A DNA stretch of 64,000 nt from an uncultured Verrucomicrobiales bacterium (lineage in GTDB: Bacteria > Verrucomicrobiota > Verrucomicrobiia > Verrucomicrobiales > DEV007). This document shows positions 37,997-48,451 of this stretch, in pieces. The translations under genes and the position numbers were made by a program. Every line of letters starts with the position of its first letter. The first letter of the stretch is position 1. The stretch is from assembly GCA_938091905.1 (NCBI GenBank), contig CALKOM010000062.1:1-64000 (forward strand), in the 5' to 3' direction. Under the pieces are notes generated by a model. It had not been told where the DNA came from and did no database searches. It saw only the letters and a program-made list of their open reading frames with translations.

Positions 37997-38974
37997 ATGC
38001 GTACGATCACTTATCGCCAGGCCCTCAATGAGGCGCTGGCAGAAGAATTAGAAAGGGACGAGAACGTCGTTGTCATGGGCGAGGAAGTTGCTGAGTACAA
38101 CGGTGCTTACAAAGTCACTGAAGGACTTTGGAAACGCTTTGGCGACAAGCGAGTGGTGGATACGCCAATTAGTGAAGCGGGATTCATCGGCATGGGAATC
38201 GGTGCTTCCATGTTAGGCGTTCGCCCCGTCATGGAACTGATGTTCTGGAGCTTCGCTTATGTGGCCTTTGATCAGATGATCAACAATGCGGGCTGTGTGA
38301 GATACATGTCCGGCGGAAAAATCAAGTGCCCGATCGTGGTCCGTGGTCCAGCCAATGGTGGCACTAATGTGGGAGCCACCCACTCGCACACGCCTGAGAA
38401 TTTCATTGCCAACACGCCAGGTTTGAAAGTGATCTGCCCGGCGACCGCTTACGATGCCAAGGGCATGATGAAATCTGCTATACGCGATGACGATCCTGTT
38501 TACGTCATGGAGAACACAAAGCTCTATGGAGAGTCCGGTGAGGTGCCGGAAGAAGAATACACGGTTCCGTTAGGAGTGGCTGATGTTAAGCGTGAGGGCA
38601 CCGACTTGACGATTGTTGCTCATGGTCGTGCTGTGATCACGGCGTTGAAGTCGGCCGAAGTTCTCGCTGCTGAGCACGGCATCTCTGCGGAAGTCGTCGA
38701 CTTGCGTTCTATTCGGCCTCTTGACGAGGAGACGATTCTAACCTCGGTTCGAAAAACTAATCGCGTCTTGTTAGTTGATGAGAACAAGCCCTTCTGCGCG
38801 GTCAATACTCAGATCGCGACGATGATCCAAGAGAAAGCATTTGATTACTTGGACGCGCCCATTCTCAGACTCAATGCGATCGATGCCCCGGCCATATACA
38901 GCCCGCCGATGGAAGAGCTTCAACTTCCTCATCCCGAAGTGGTCATTGAGAAAGCGCTCGCCGTTTGCAAGTAA
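37997..38974 (+). CDS. pdhB: Pyruvate dehydrogenase E1 beta
   Basis: DTPISEAGF, GPANGG, DLRSIRPLD. Confidence 0.95.
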   Translation: MRTITYRQALNEALAEELERDENVVVMGEEVAEYNGAYKVTEGLWKRFGDKRVVDTPISEAGFIGMGIGASMLGVRPVMELMFWSFAYVAFDQMINNAGCVRYMSGGKIKCPIVVRGPANGGTNVGATHSHTPENFIANTPGLKVICPATAYDAKGMMKSAIRDDDPVYVMENTKLYGESGEVPEEEYTVPLGVADVKREGTDLTIVAHGRAVITALKSAEVLAAEHGISAEVVDLRSIRPLDEETILTSVRKTNRVLLVDENKPFCAVNTQIATMIQEKAFDYLDAPILRLNAIDAPAIYSPPMEELQLPHPEVVIEKALAVCK

Positions 38975-39004
38975 CTCTTACCAAAGTAGAAGACGCAAGA
39001 CGCC

Positions 39005-40267
39005 ATGGCCACGATTATTGAAATGCCCAAACTGAGCGACACCATGACCGAGGGCACTTTGGTCCGGTGGTTGAAGAATCCCGGTGACGAGATTGAAGTT
39101 GGAATGGAGATTGCAGAGATCGAGACTGATAAGGCAACCATGAGTATGGAAGCCTTCGACGATGGCATTCTTCATGAGATCTATGTTCAAGCGGGAGAGA
39201 AAGCTCCGCTTGGTGGTAAATTAGCTCTCTTGTTAGAAGATGGCGAGGAGCCACCAGCGCTCGACAAGGAGATTTCTAGCGGAAGCATACCCGTAACTGC
39301 CATGGAGGAAGAGGAGTCGACGGAAAGCGCCGCAGCCACTTCTGCTGTAGGCTCCTTGCCTGAGCCAGTCTCTGGTGGAGCCCGGGTCAAGGCTTCGCCG
39401 CTTGCCCGCAAGATCGCTGCCGAACGCGGCGTGAACCTGACGCAGATTCAGGGCACGGGTCCTGGTGGCCGTATCGTAAAGCGCGATGTGGAGAATGCCC
39501 CAGTGGCTGGTGCTAGTTTGGTCGCCGCACCTCCGAGTGCCGTGGCTGCCATCCGCCCCACAATTGGAGCCAACGATGAACGAATCCCGCTTACTGGAAT
39601 GCGCACGATCATTGCGGAACGATTGTTGGCGAGCAAGACACAGATTCCGCATTTCTATCTGAATATCGACGTGAACGCGGCACCGCTTCTCGCCTTCAGG
39701 CAGCAGATCAATCAAGCTTCCGAGAAGAGTGACAACGCGAACAAGTACACGATCAATGACTTCATTTTGAAAGCCGTCGTTCAAAGTGCTGTCGCCGTGC
39801 CTGATGTGAATGCTTCTTTTGATGTCGATGCCATCATTCGCTTTGCCTCGGTTAACGTCAGTGTTGCCGTGGCAGTGGATGAAGGCCTAGTCACACCAGT
39901 CATACGAGATGCGCAGGACAAGTCGCTGTTAGAAATCAGTAGGTCGGTCAAAGATCTCGCCGCTCGAGCTCGGGCCAAGAAACTCGCGCCTGATGAGTTT
40001 GCGGGGGGGACGCTCACGGTCTCAAATCTTGGCGCCTATGGCATTGATAGTTTCGATGCCATCATCAATCCGCCCCAGGCTTTTATCATAGCCATTAGCT
40101 CAATTCGAAAGACCCCCGTCGTCGATGCCAACGACCAGATTGTGATCGGCCAGCGCATGGCCATTGGCATGAGCTGTGATCACCGAGTGATTGATGGCGC
40201 TGTTGGCGCGCAATACCTCGCGGAGTTCCGGCGCCTTATCGAGAATCCGGCGTTGATGTTGCTCTAA
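39005..40267 (+). CDS. pdhC: Dihydrolipoamide acetyltransferase E2
   Basis: Lipoyl EIETDKA, ASPLARKIA E3-binding, DHRVIDG. Confidence 0.95.
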   Translation: MATIIEMPKLSDTMTEGTLVRWLKNPGDEIEVGMEIAEIETDKATMSMEAFDDGILHEIYVQAGEKAPLGGKLALLLEDGEEPPALDKEISSGSIPVTAMEEEESTESAAATSAVGSLPEPVSGGARVKASPLARKIAAERGVNLTQIQGTGPGGRIVKRDVENAPVAGASLVAAPPSAVAAIRPTIGANDERIPLTGMRTIIAERLLASKTQIPHFYLNIDVNAAPLLAFRQQINQASEKSDNANKYTINDFILKAVVQSAVAVPDVNASFDVDAIIRFASVNVSVAVAVDEGLVTPVIRDAQDKSLLEISRSVKDLAARARAKKLAPDEFAGGTLTVSNLGAYGIDSFDAIINPPQAFIIAISSIRKTPVVDANDQIVIGQRMAIGMSCDHRVIDGAVGAQYLAEFRRLIENPALMLL

Positions 40268-40300
40268 CCCTTTTCCTGAAATTACCTCTTTATACCAGCC

Positions 40301-41680
40301 ATGGCTTACGATCTCATCGTCATCGGCGGCGGTCCTGCGGGATACGTCGGCGCAATCCGTGCTGCTCAGCTCGGCAAGAAAGTCGCTTGCGTGGAAATGG
40401 ATCGCGCTGGTGGAACTTGTTTGAATTGGGGCTGCATTCCTACTAAGTCGCTCCTCAAGAACGCGGAAATCTATCATTTGCTCAAGCACCAGGCCGATCA
40501 GTATGGCCTCAAGGTGGAAGGTCTAAGTTACGATTGGGACAAAGTCATTGGTCGAAGCCGCAGTGTTGCAGATCGCTTGGCAGGGGGCATCGAGTTTCTT
40601 TTCAAGAAGAATGGCGTCGATTACATCCGTGGTGAAGCCACGCTGGAAAGTCCTGGCAAAGTGGCTGTGACAGATTCTGCCGGTGCGAAGACCGTGCATG
40701 AAACGACAGATATTCTGGTCGCCACCGGTTGTGTGTCTCGCCCGTTCCCTGACTTTCCTTTCAACGGAAAGACGGTCATCGGGAGCAAGGAGGCCATGGT
40801 TTTGGCTGAGCAACCGAAGGAGATTGTGATCATCGGAGCCGGCGCGATTGGCATCGAGTTTGCCTATTTCTTCAATGCCTTTGGCTCGAAGGTCACGGTT
40901 GTGGAAATGATGCCTCACATTCTTCCAGTGGAGGATGATGAAGTCAGCAAGACTCTGGAGAAGAGCTTCAAGAAACAAGGCATCAACATTCTGACCAACA
41001 CGAAGGTCACCGGAACCAAAGATAGTGGGAGTGGCGTTGAGATCATCGTGGAAGGCAAAGAGAAACAGATGCTCAAGGCGGATACTGCCCTGATTGCCAT
41101 CGGAGTGGCGCCTGTCTTGCCTGGTGGCATGGAGTTGAAGGCGGATCGCGGTTATCTCGTGACGGATGACACCTATCAAACGAGCGCTAAGGGAATCTAT
41201 GCGGCCGGCGATATCATTGGACCACCCTGGTTAGCTCACGTGGCAAGTTGGGAAGCCATCCAGTGTGTCGAGGGGCTCTATGCCGGTGGCACTCCGAAGA
41301 AAGTCGACGTGTTTCCAGGCTGCACCTATTGCCATCCTCAGGTGGCTAGTGTCGGTCTCACAGAAGAGGCGGCCAAGGAGAATGGGATTGCCTACAAGGT
41401 CGGCAAGTTCCCATTCCAGGCTAGCGGCAAAGCGCAGGCCGTCGGAGATAGCGAAGGTTTCGTGAAATTGCTTTTCGGTGAGAAGCACGGGGAAGTCATC
41501 GGTGCCCACATCATTGGCCCCGATGCCACGGAAATGATTGCTGAACTTGGTTTGGCAATCACGTTAGAAGCGACTAAAGACGATCTTGAGGCGACCATTC
41601 ACGCCCACCCGACGCTAGCGGAAGCAGTGCATGAAGCGACCGGCCAAGCTTACGGCCACGCCATTCATATTCCTAACTAG
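40301..41680 (+). CDS. lpdA: Dihydrolipoyl dehydrogenase E3
   Basis: GGGPAGY, GGTCLNWGCIPTK, HAHPTLAE. Confidence 0.96.
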   Translation: MAYDLIVIGGGPAGYVGAIRAAQLGKKVACVEMDRAGGTCLNWGCIPTKSLLKNAEIYHLLKHQADQYGLKVEGLSYDWDKVIGRSRSVADRLAGGIEFLFKKNGVDYIRGEATLESPGKVAVTDSAGAKTVHETTDILVATGCVSRPFPDFPFNGKTVIGSKEAMVLAEQPKEIVIIGAGAIGIEFAYFFNAFGSKVTVVEMMPHILPVEDDEVSKTLEKSFKKQGINILTNTKVTGTKDSGSGVEIIVEGKEKQMLKADTALIAIGVAPVLPGGMELKADRGYLVTDDTYQTSAKGIYAAGDIIGPPWLAHVASWEAIQCVEGLYAGGTPKKVDVFPGCTYCHPQVASVGLTEEAAKENGIAYKVGKFPFQASGKAQAVGDSEGFVKLLFGEKHGEVIGAHIIGPDATEMIAELGLAITLEATKDDLEATIHAHPTLAEAVHEATGQAYGHAIHIPN

Positions 41681-41701
41681 CCGAGCAGCAGTCTTCTTCG
41701 G

Positions 41702-42646
41702 ATGCCCGAACCTACCCCCCAGCAGGTCTATCAGAACATTCGCAAAAATGTGTCGGAAATTATCCATGGGCAAGAGGTGATTGTTAGGAAGCTATTGGCA
41801 GCGCTCCTTAGTGGCAGCCATGTCTTGCTTGAAGATTATCCTGGTACCGGCAAGACTACGCTGGCTAAGGCGATTGCGGTGTCCATCACGGGCATGGATT
41901 TCAAGCGCGTTCAATTCACACCAGATCTCTTGCCTTCCGACATTCTCGGTGTGTCGATCTTCGATCCGCGTAATCAGGAATTTAAGTTTCACGCGGGGCC
42001 GGTATTCACGCATGTCTTGTTAGCTGACGAGATCAATAGAGCCTCGCCAAGGACACAGTCTGCCTTGTTAGAAGCCATGGGCGAGCGACAGGTCACGATC
42101 GAAGGAAAGCATCATTCTTTAACGAGACCTTTCTTCGTTATCGCCACTCAAAATCCAGTCGAGTTCCGCGGGACTTATCCTCTACCAGAGGCACAGATGG
42201 ATCGCTTCGGCATGCAGTTGGCTTTGGGATATGTCGATCGAATGGATGAGATTGCGATCCTCAACGCGCAACAAGGTAACCATCCCGTGGATGGTATGAA
42301 GCCTTGCGCATCTCTCGAGGATATCGAGAAACTTATCAAGGCGGCCGAAGACATTCGCGTGAGTGAGGAACTCATGGGCTACATTGTCGATCTTGTTGCG
42401 GCGACGAGAGATATTCCAGAGGTGCAACTCGCTGCGAGCCCACGCGCCGCATTGAGCCTGATGAAGGCAGCGCGTGCGGTGGCCCTTTTTGACGGCCGAG
42501 AGTTCATCACACCAGATGACATCCAAGAGCTGGCTCCCGATGTCATTGCGCATCGCCTGGTTCTAGATCCTCAGGCAAAGTTCTCAGGCCTTACCGCTCG
42601 CCAAATTGTCGATGAAGTGCTTACTGCTGTGGACGTGCCGGTTTAA
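41702..42646 (+). CDS. MoxR-family AAA+ ATPase
   Basis: PGTGKT, RVQFTPDLLPSD, ADEINRA, GTYPLPEAQMDRF. Confidence 0.93.
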   Translation: MPEPTPQQVYQNIRKNVSEIIHGQEVIVRKLLAALLSGSHVLLEDYPGTGKTTLAKAIAVSITGMDFKRVQFTPDLLPSDILGVSIFDPRNQEFKFHAGPVFTHVLLADEINRASPRTQSALLEAMGERQVTIEGKHHSLTRPFFVIATQNPVEFRGTYPLPEAQMDRFGMQLALGYVDRMDEIAILNAQQGNHPVDGMKPCASLEDIEKLIKAAEDIRVSEELMGYIVDLVAATRDIPEVQLAASPRAALSLMKAARAVALFDGREFITPDDIQELAPDVIAHRLVLDPQAKFSGLTARQIVDEVLTAVDVPV

Positions 42647-42760
42647 TATGGCCACTATATCTTTCGAAGCACCGGATATTTAAGAATTATCAATTGATTT
42701 CCCGTTCCAGATTGGAAACGGTCCTCTATCTGGAAATACTAGTTTCCAAGCGCCTGTTTC

Positions 42761-44566
42761 ATGAAATCTCCACTACTTAGGTTTGTCATCGGGGGGCTAG
42801 TCGCAGCTTTGATGAGTAGCTCGGCTCTTGCCCATGTCGGCAATCATCCATCCGTCCACGATACCGTTGCCGGCATTGCTCTTCGGCTTCGCGAAAAGTA
42901 TAAGGAAACCGAGCTCAAGATCCTAACGCCCTATCAAGTTTACAAGATCCTCACAGATCGTGAGAAAGACGTGTTGGGGAATGAACACATTACCTTCAAG
43001 GTGAACGTGCCTGTGAAGATCTCGATCTTTCGTGATCGCTCGATCAAGTCGGAGCCTTTTTGGATTCGCGATCGTGATTTTGATCTTACTGGGATGCTCT
43101 TGAAGCTCGGTAAGACTGAGTTTGATGTTTGGGAGAAAACCTTCGAAGCCGGACGGGTTGGCTTGGGCGTGAACTCTTTCGGGAAAGGTAAGCACTATCT
43201 CATCGCGGTGAGCCCAGTGAATGCTAGTGATCGGGTTCAAGTGACCAGTCTGTATCCCGCCACGCTTCGCTTAGGCACCTTCAAGCAAGATGAGAAGCCC
43301 TACGTGGATGCTGATGAAAAACTGCCAGAGGTTCCTGCAGACTTAAGGGAGGATCTCATGATTCGGACAGAAGCACATAGTGCGAATGATGCTAGGCTCG
43401 TGGAGTACTTTCGCTGGACACAGCATGTCAGCACCTCACAGCCGGATCAGCTCCATTTAACGTGGAGTGGAGATCCTCAGACGACTCAGACATTTCAGTG
43501 GCGCACGAGCCCGGATGTAAAACAGGGTGCACTGATGTATCAAAAGAAGGCACTCACCAATCGATTCAAACCAACGCCTCTGGACCGTGTCGAAGCCGAG
43601 ACGCGGGTGATGGAGACGCCAAACATCATCAATGATCCGGTGATCAATCTTCACAAGGTCGAATTGAACGGCCTGGAGCCAGACACGACCTACGTCTATT
43701 CCGTCGGCGATGGCACTGAGGAGGGCTGGATAGAGTTGCAAGAGTTTACTACGGCTCCTGATAAAGTGAAGCCGTTCTCCTTTGTCTACATGGGCGATGC
43801 CCAGAACAACCTCTATCGATGGGGATCGCTACTCCAACTGGCGCACCGGCAGCGTCCTGACGCCGCCTTCTATGTCATGGCCGGCGACTTGGTCGACAAG
43901 GGAAACGACCGCGATGATTGGGACGGATTCTGGTACAACTGCGACGACATCTACGCTCAGAAACAGCTCGTGCCTGCAATTGGCAATCATGAGAATCAAG
44001 GTGGGCATCCCACGATGTACCTTGAGATCATGAACTTGTTAGAAAACGGCCCAGACGATGTGGAGAAAGAACGGGCTTATTCTTTCGAATACAGCAACGC
44101 GCTTTTCGTCGTCTTGGACACGAACATTGATCCGAAGACACAGACGGCTTGGCTGGAACGCACGCTAGCAGAGAGCACAGCCACGTGGAAATTCGCCATC
44201 TATCATCATCCCGCTTACTCATCGGCGCCGTCCCGAGACAATGCCGACATTCGCAAACTCTGGGGCGATATCTTCGACAAATACCATGTGGACCTAGCCC
44301 TCCAGGGCCACGATCACGCCTATCTCCGAACGTTCCCCATGAAAGGTGCCAAGCGAGTTGGCTCTCCCAAGGAGGGAACCGTCTACATCGTTTCAGTCTC
44401 GGGCACAAAGTTTTACGGTCAAGACAAGCGCGACTACACGGAGTTTGGTATGACAAACACACCCACCTTCCAAGCCCTCGATCTTCAGATCAACGGGGAC
44501 CGCCTGATTTATCGTGCGTATGATTTCAAAGGCGACCTGAGGGATGAACTGATCATCGACAAGTAA
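42761..44566 (+). CDS. Secreted purple-acid-phosphatase-like metallophosphoesterase with FN3 domain
   Basis: Signal peptide; MGDAQ, GDLVD, GNHE, YHHP, GHDH. Confidence 0.88.
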   Translation: MKSPLLRFVIGGLVAALMSSSALAHVGNHPSVHDTVAGIALRLREKYKETELKILTPYQVYKILTDREKDVLGNEHITFKVNVPVKISIFRDRSIKSEPFWIRDRDFDLTGMLLKLGKTEFDVWEKTFEAGRVGLGVNSFGKGKHYLIAVSPVNASDRVQVTSLYPATLRLGTFKQDEKPYVDADEKLPEVPADLREDLMIRTEAHSANDARLVEYFRWTQHVSTSQPDQLHLTWSGDPQTTQTFQWRTSPDVKQGALMYQKKALTNRFKPTPLDRVEAETRVMETPNIINDPVINLHKVELNGLEPDTTYVYSVGDGTEEGWIELQEFTTAPDKVKPFSFVYMGDAQNNLYRWGSLLQLAHRQRPDAAFYVMAGDLVDKGNDRDDWDGFWYNCDDIYAQKQLVPAIGNHENQGGHPTMYLEIMNLLENGPDDVEKERAYSFEYSNALFVVLDTNIDPKTQTAWLERTLAESTATWKFAIYHHPAYSSAPSRDNADIRKLWGDIFDKYHVDLALQGHDHAYLRTFPMKGAKRVGSPKEGTVYIVSVSGTKFYGQDKRDYTEFGMTNTPTFQALDLQINGDRLIYRAYDFKGDLRDELIIDK

Positions 44567-44578
44567 GTCGGTCGAGTA

Positions 44579-45340
44579 ATGAGATTTGGAGGGATCGAGA
44601 GGCTCTATGGTCAAGGCTCGCTCGCTCGTCTAGACCAAGCCCACGTTGCCGTCATCGGTCTCGGAGGCGTCGGTTCCTGGGCCGCGGAGGCCCTGGCCAG
44701 ATCAGGCGTTGGCAAGATCACTCTCATCGATCTGGATGCCGTCTGTGTGACCAATGTCAATCGTCAGATACATGCGTTAGAGGACACTGTTGGGCTGCCA
44801 AAAGCCCGCGCCATGGCAGATCGATTGGAGCGGATTAACCCCGACTTGGAGATGCATGTCGAAGAAGCTTTTTTTAACAAAGCCAATGCGGAATCCATCC
44901 TTTCTCGTCGCATCGACTACGTGATCGATGCCATTGATAGTATTCGGGACAAGTGTCTACTTGTGGACAAATGTTACCGCCGTCAACAACCGCTCGTTAT
45001 TTCGGGTGGCGCCGGAGGCAAGCGAGACCCTTCCCTAGTCTGCCGATCAGATCTAGGACAGACCACCAATGACCCCCTCCTCAAGCGTCTGCGGAGGAAA
45101 CTCCGGCAAGAGTATGGCTTCTCTCGAGATCTTAAGAAGCCGTTTGGCATGACCGCTGTCTATTCGGAAGAGAATCCAGTCTTTCCTTGGAGCAATGGCT
45201 CCGTCTGTGACCGTCCAGAGCCTGACAGTAGCTTAAAGCTCGATTGTACCACTGGCTTTGGTACTGCAGGTTTCCTCACAGGAACTCTCGGATTCACCGC
45301 TGCGGCAGTCGTTGTCGAGGAACTCGTTAGGGCTGACTGA
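44579..45340 (+). CDS. tcdA: tRNA threonylcarbamoyladenosine dehydratase
   Basis: RFGGIERLYG, GLGGVGSW, TNVNRQ, DAIDS, GGAGG. Confidence 0.9.
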   Translation: MRFGGIERLYGQGSLARLDQAHVAVIGLGGVGSWAAEALARSGVGKITLIDLDAVCVTNVNRQIHALEDTVGLPKARAMADRLERINPDLEMHVEEAFFNKANAESILSRRIDYVIDAIDSIRDKCLLVDKCYRRQQPLVISGGAGGKRDPSLVCRSDLGQTTNDPLLKRLRRKLRQEYGFSRDLKKPFGMTAVYSEENPVFPWSNGSVCDRPEPDSSLKLDCTTGFGTAGFLTGTLGFTAAAVVVEELVRAD

Positions 45341-45345
45341 CACCT

Positions 45346-45520
45346 AAGTCCAAATAGTCCCCGGAGGGCTGGGTTGCTGCTGGTTCACCCTGGAGAGTGC
45401 GGCACCATTAGAGTCGGCGGCACTCAGGCCCTTGACCAGCTCATTTGTGATGTTGTGTGTTGTCACACAGCTAGAGAGAGCTACGGCGATTCGAGCACAG
45501 CTGATAAGGGCGATTTACTT
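45346..45520 (-). ncRNA. Candidate structured ncRNA (unidentified)
   Basis: Nested helices whose G-U pairs favour the minus strand; see findings. Confidence 0.35.
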
Positions 45521-45706
45521 TTTGTTTTAATGGTTCCGCGTGTCTGGGGGGAGGGTGATTTTTGTCGTTTTGGCTATTCTGATCTTATTATCAGTAGTTT
45601 TGACCTCCACACAGTTTGCTCCACGCGATACCGCATCTTTTTTTCAAAGAAGCATGTGAAGTCACTCTCTTCTTCGGAATCGAAAGAGAAAAGTGAGGCG
45701 AGAAAA

Positions 45707-45876
45707 CGTGGTTCTACTGCGGCGTTGGCGCATCGTCATGGGTAGTGACGATGAACACAGCAGTCAGGAGGGTATGGTCGAGTACGCCAATGGCCGCGAT
45801 CCGCCACAGGTTGTTACTGGCCGCTTGAACGCGTAGAGGCTCCGTTTCGATGTGCGCCTGTGAGCTAGAGCCCACG
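45707..45876 (+). ncRNA. Candidate structured ncRNA (unidentified)
   Basis: Closing stem plus three internal helices; see findings. Confidence 0.45.
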
Positions 45877-45880
45877 AGGC

Positions 45881-47392
45881 CTAGCTGTTCAGGCGTCGAA
45901 ACCATCGTGCAGCAAGTAATCCTGCAGCGACGGTACCCAGGAAGATCGCGATCGCTCCAATCCCACTGTGGTCCCAGTAGCCTTTTACTCCAAGGAACAG
46001 AAAGAGGATTCCGCCCATGAGGTTGAGGATGGTTAGAGCTAGGGGCGGCCGAAGTTGAGAACTCAAGTGCTGTTGGTCGGCCCACGCTGAGAGAAGGCAA
46101 ATGATCCCGCAGGCAAAGACCCCAGTGAACAAGTTAGCTGGGGTCACCAGCGCAATGAGACCAGGAGGCTGAGTTGAGCTTGCGGTTGCCAGCTTTAGTC
46201 CTAACACAACGACGCCTCCCAAGCAGACCCAGAGGACGGCAAGACTTTCCAATCGCGAAGACCGCCAAAGTTCCCTTTTGTGAGGCAATAAGGCCCTCGC
46301 CAATTCGCCAAGGATTGCTGGTGCCACTCTAATCGTACCGTAGAGAGTGCCCGCCATCGCTAGGATGGCCCCAGCATAGTAGAGCGGCTTCAGCCATGGA
46401 GACACCACTGCGACGAATTTCGCTTGGACGGTCAGGAGGTGGTCTCCTTTCGGAATCTGTTCATGCGTGGCAAGAATCTCCGTGCCGCAGGCAACGAAAA
46501 CTGCACTAAACAGAAACACGATGGCAAAGCTGATCGTGCAGTCGATCAATGGGGCACGGATCCAGCAGCGCGCGCTGGTTGTTTGGGTTGGATCATCCGT
46601 GATCATGTTCAATCCCGCGTTGCCCCATTGTTTCTCCCGGAGAAACGCACAGTAAGCTAGGTAATCGTAACCAGACCCGCCGACCACGCCCACGTAGGTG
46701 GTGAGTTCTACCCAAACCGCTCGATTGGCGACCTCGGGATATTGTTCAACCCAATCTGGGTAATCTGTCAAAGGAAGCGTGATCACGCCCTTAAGCATGG
46801 CGAACCAATCTGGGTGAATCAGGAAAACGGCGAACACGGTGGACAATAACAGAAGCGCCACGACGATAATCTGAACGATCTCTAGGCGTCCGTAGCCACC
46901 GGTGAATGCGAGTGTGCCTATCACGACTAGAATGCCCAAGGCCCAAATGAGATAGCCTGCTCCCTGCAAGGAAAAACTCCCTTCCGTGAGTGCCACAGCG
47001 AGTGTGCCCAAGGTACCTGCATGAAAACTAACAAAGATCGGGAAAGCAGGAATGGCGAGAAGTAGAAAGACGAGTGGAAGCCAGCCGCGAGGTCCCGGCA
47101 GGCCCATCCAGCGTTGAAAGGGATGGGCTCCAGTAAGTACTAAATGACGTGCCGTTGCGAAAGTCAGCCCCCATTTGAGCACGCACACTGCGAGGAAGAC
47201 ACTGAGTATGTGGTATCCAAAGAGCGCACCGCCTCGGGAGGAGAAGATGAGTTCACCCGATCCGATGGTGAGTGAAGCGATGATGGCACCCGGCCCGAAG
47301 ACCGTGAGCCACCGCGCCGAGTTGGCCGAAGGAAGCGGGGGAGAATGGGAAGTTTCTTCTTTGATAGCGCGTAGTATGCCAACTTTTCTCAA
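45881..47392 (-). CDS. Nramp/APC-family transporter
   Basis: FGPGAIIASLTIGSGELIF...GYHIL; 11-12 TM helices; start uncertain. Confidence 0.8.
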   Translation of the reverse strand: MRKVGILRAIKEETSHSPPLPSANSARWLTVFGPGAIIASLTIGSGELIFSSRGGALFGYHILSVFLAVCVLKWGLTFATARHLVLTGAHPFQRWMGLPGPRGWLPLVFLLLAIPAFPIFVSFHAGTLGTLAVALTEGSFSLQGAGYLIWALGILVVIGTLAFTGGYGRLEIVQIIVVALLLLSTVFAVFLIHPDWFAMLKGVITLPLTDYPDWVEQYPEVANRAVWVELTTYVGVVGGSGYDYLAYCAFLREKQWGNAGLNMITDDPTQTTSARCWIRAPLIDCTISFAIVFLFSAVFVACGTEILATHEQIPKGDHLLTVQAKFVAVVSPWLKPLYYAGAILAMAGTLYGTIRVAPAILGELARALLPHKRELWRSSRLESLAVLWVCLGGVVVLGLKLATASSTQPPGLIALVTPANLFTGVFACGIICLLSAWADQQHLSSQLRPPLALTILNLMGGILFLFLGVKGYWDHSGIGAIAIFLGTVAAGLLAARWFRRLNS

Positions 47393-47419
47393 GCGAAGCG
47401 AGGGCTCACATGAGAGGAT

Positions 47420-48430
47420 CTAATCATATAAAATGGAAAGCGAAATACTGGCGATGTTAGGGCATCCCGTGAGCGCCATGGCCATCTCGAGTTCGCGACG
47501 AAGAATCCCAATCACGTCGCGAACGCCGTCTGAACGGGCAACGGCCAGACCATGGAGATAAGGGCGCCCAATAAGCACGACACTCGCTCCAAAAGCGAGC
47601 GCCTTCATGACATTAGTACTTCGACGAATTGCCGCCATCGAAAAGTAGGGGAACTCGACCCGCTACAGCATCCACGACACTTGGCAACACGGCAATCGTA
47701 GATGACTGAGTATCCAGATTCCGCCCATCGTGGTTTGAAACAATGACCCCATCGACTCCCAAGCCGACAGCACGCTTGGCATCGGCCGGATGGGTGATGC
47801 CCTGCAAGAGCAATGGCTTCTTCGCGTCCGCTGCGAGGGCGCGAAGCCATTCGATATCTGACCAGTTAAGCGGCGCACAGGTATAGCGGTTGATATCTCC
47901 GAGGTCTCAACCGATGTCGCGTAGGTAGGGAGCCGCTATCCTTTCCGAAAGAGAGAAGCTGGCACGCTGTTGGCGATCCTGAGGCCCAGACACTGGATTA
48001 TCGACCGTCACACGTTATCTAACAAACGCCCGGTCCGATTGCATTTAGAGCTGAAACCACCACTTTCCATTAGGTGTCTCTGTCACGTCTTCCAAACGTA
48101 TCGTGGAGCTACTGCTAACGACAAAGATGGTATCGGCGGCAGCGGCACCCTTTGCGGCTGCCCGTTCGCCATCGGGATGGATCGCTTTCTGAAAAGGCGT
48201 CGGCGCCAACAGGATGGGAAAGGCCAGCCTTTCACCCAACAATTCCACGCGGGTGTCAATTGATGAAGCGTCGACAAGGACGCATGGCCGAATCAGAATT
48301 TCGAGGAATTCAGATTCAAGCGAACCGCCACTTCACCCGCCGCCCCAGCGTCGAGGTATTTAAAGACTGCATGCGGAATTCGCAACCCTGCCTCTTCTTC
48401 GTAATCCTGAAGGCTTACAAGGGTATCCAT
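47420..48430 (-). pseudogene. FMN-dependent alpha-hydroxy acid oxidase pseudogene
   Basis: Fragments SLQDYEE, PILLAPT, HPDGE, WFQL*, IVSNHDGRNLD, FDGG, KALAFGA, IGRPYLHGL spread over several frames. Confidence 0.88.
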
Positions 48431-48451
48431 TTAATCGATTGGCGGCAAGAA

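Noticed and set aside
45374..45745. 123-aa ORF in the tcdA-Nramp gap
   Set aside because: TTG start, no recognisable motif, crosses AT-rich and hairpin-rich DNA; not excluded but unsupported
45707..45876. Retron msr-msd
   Set aside because: Terminal inverted repeats are present but no reverse transcriptase is encoded in the window
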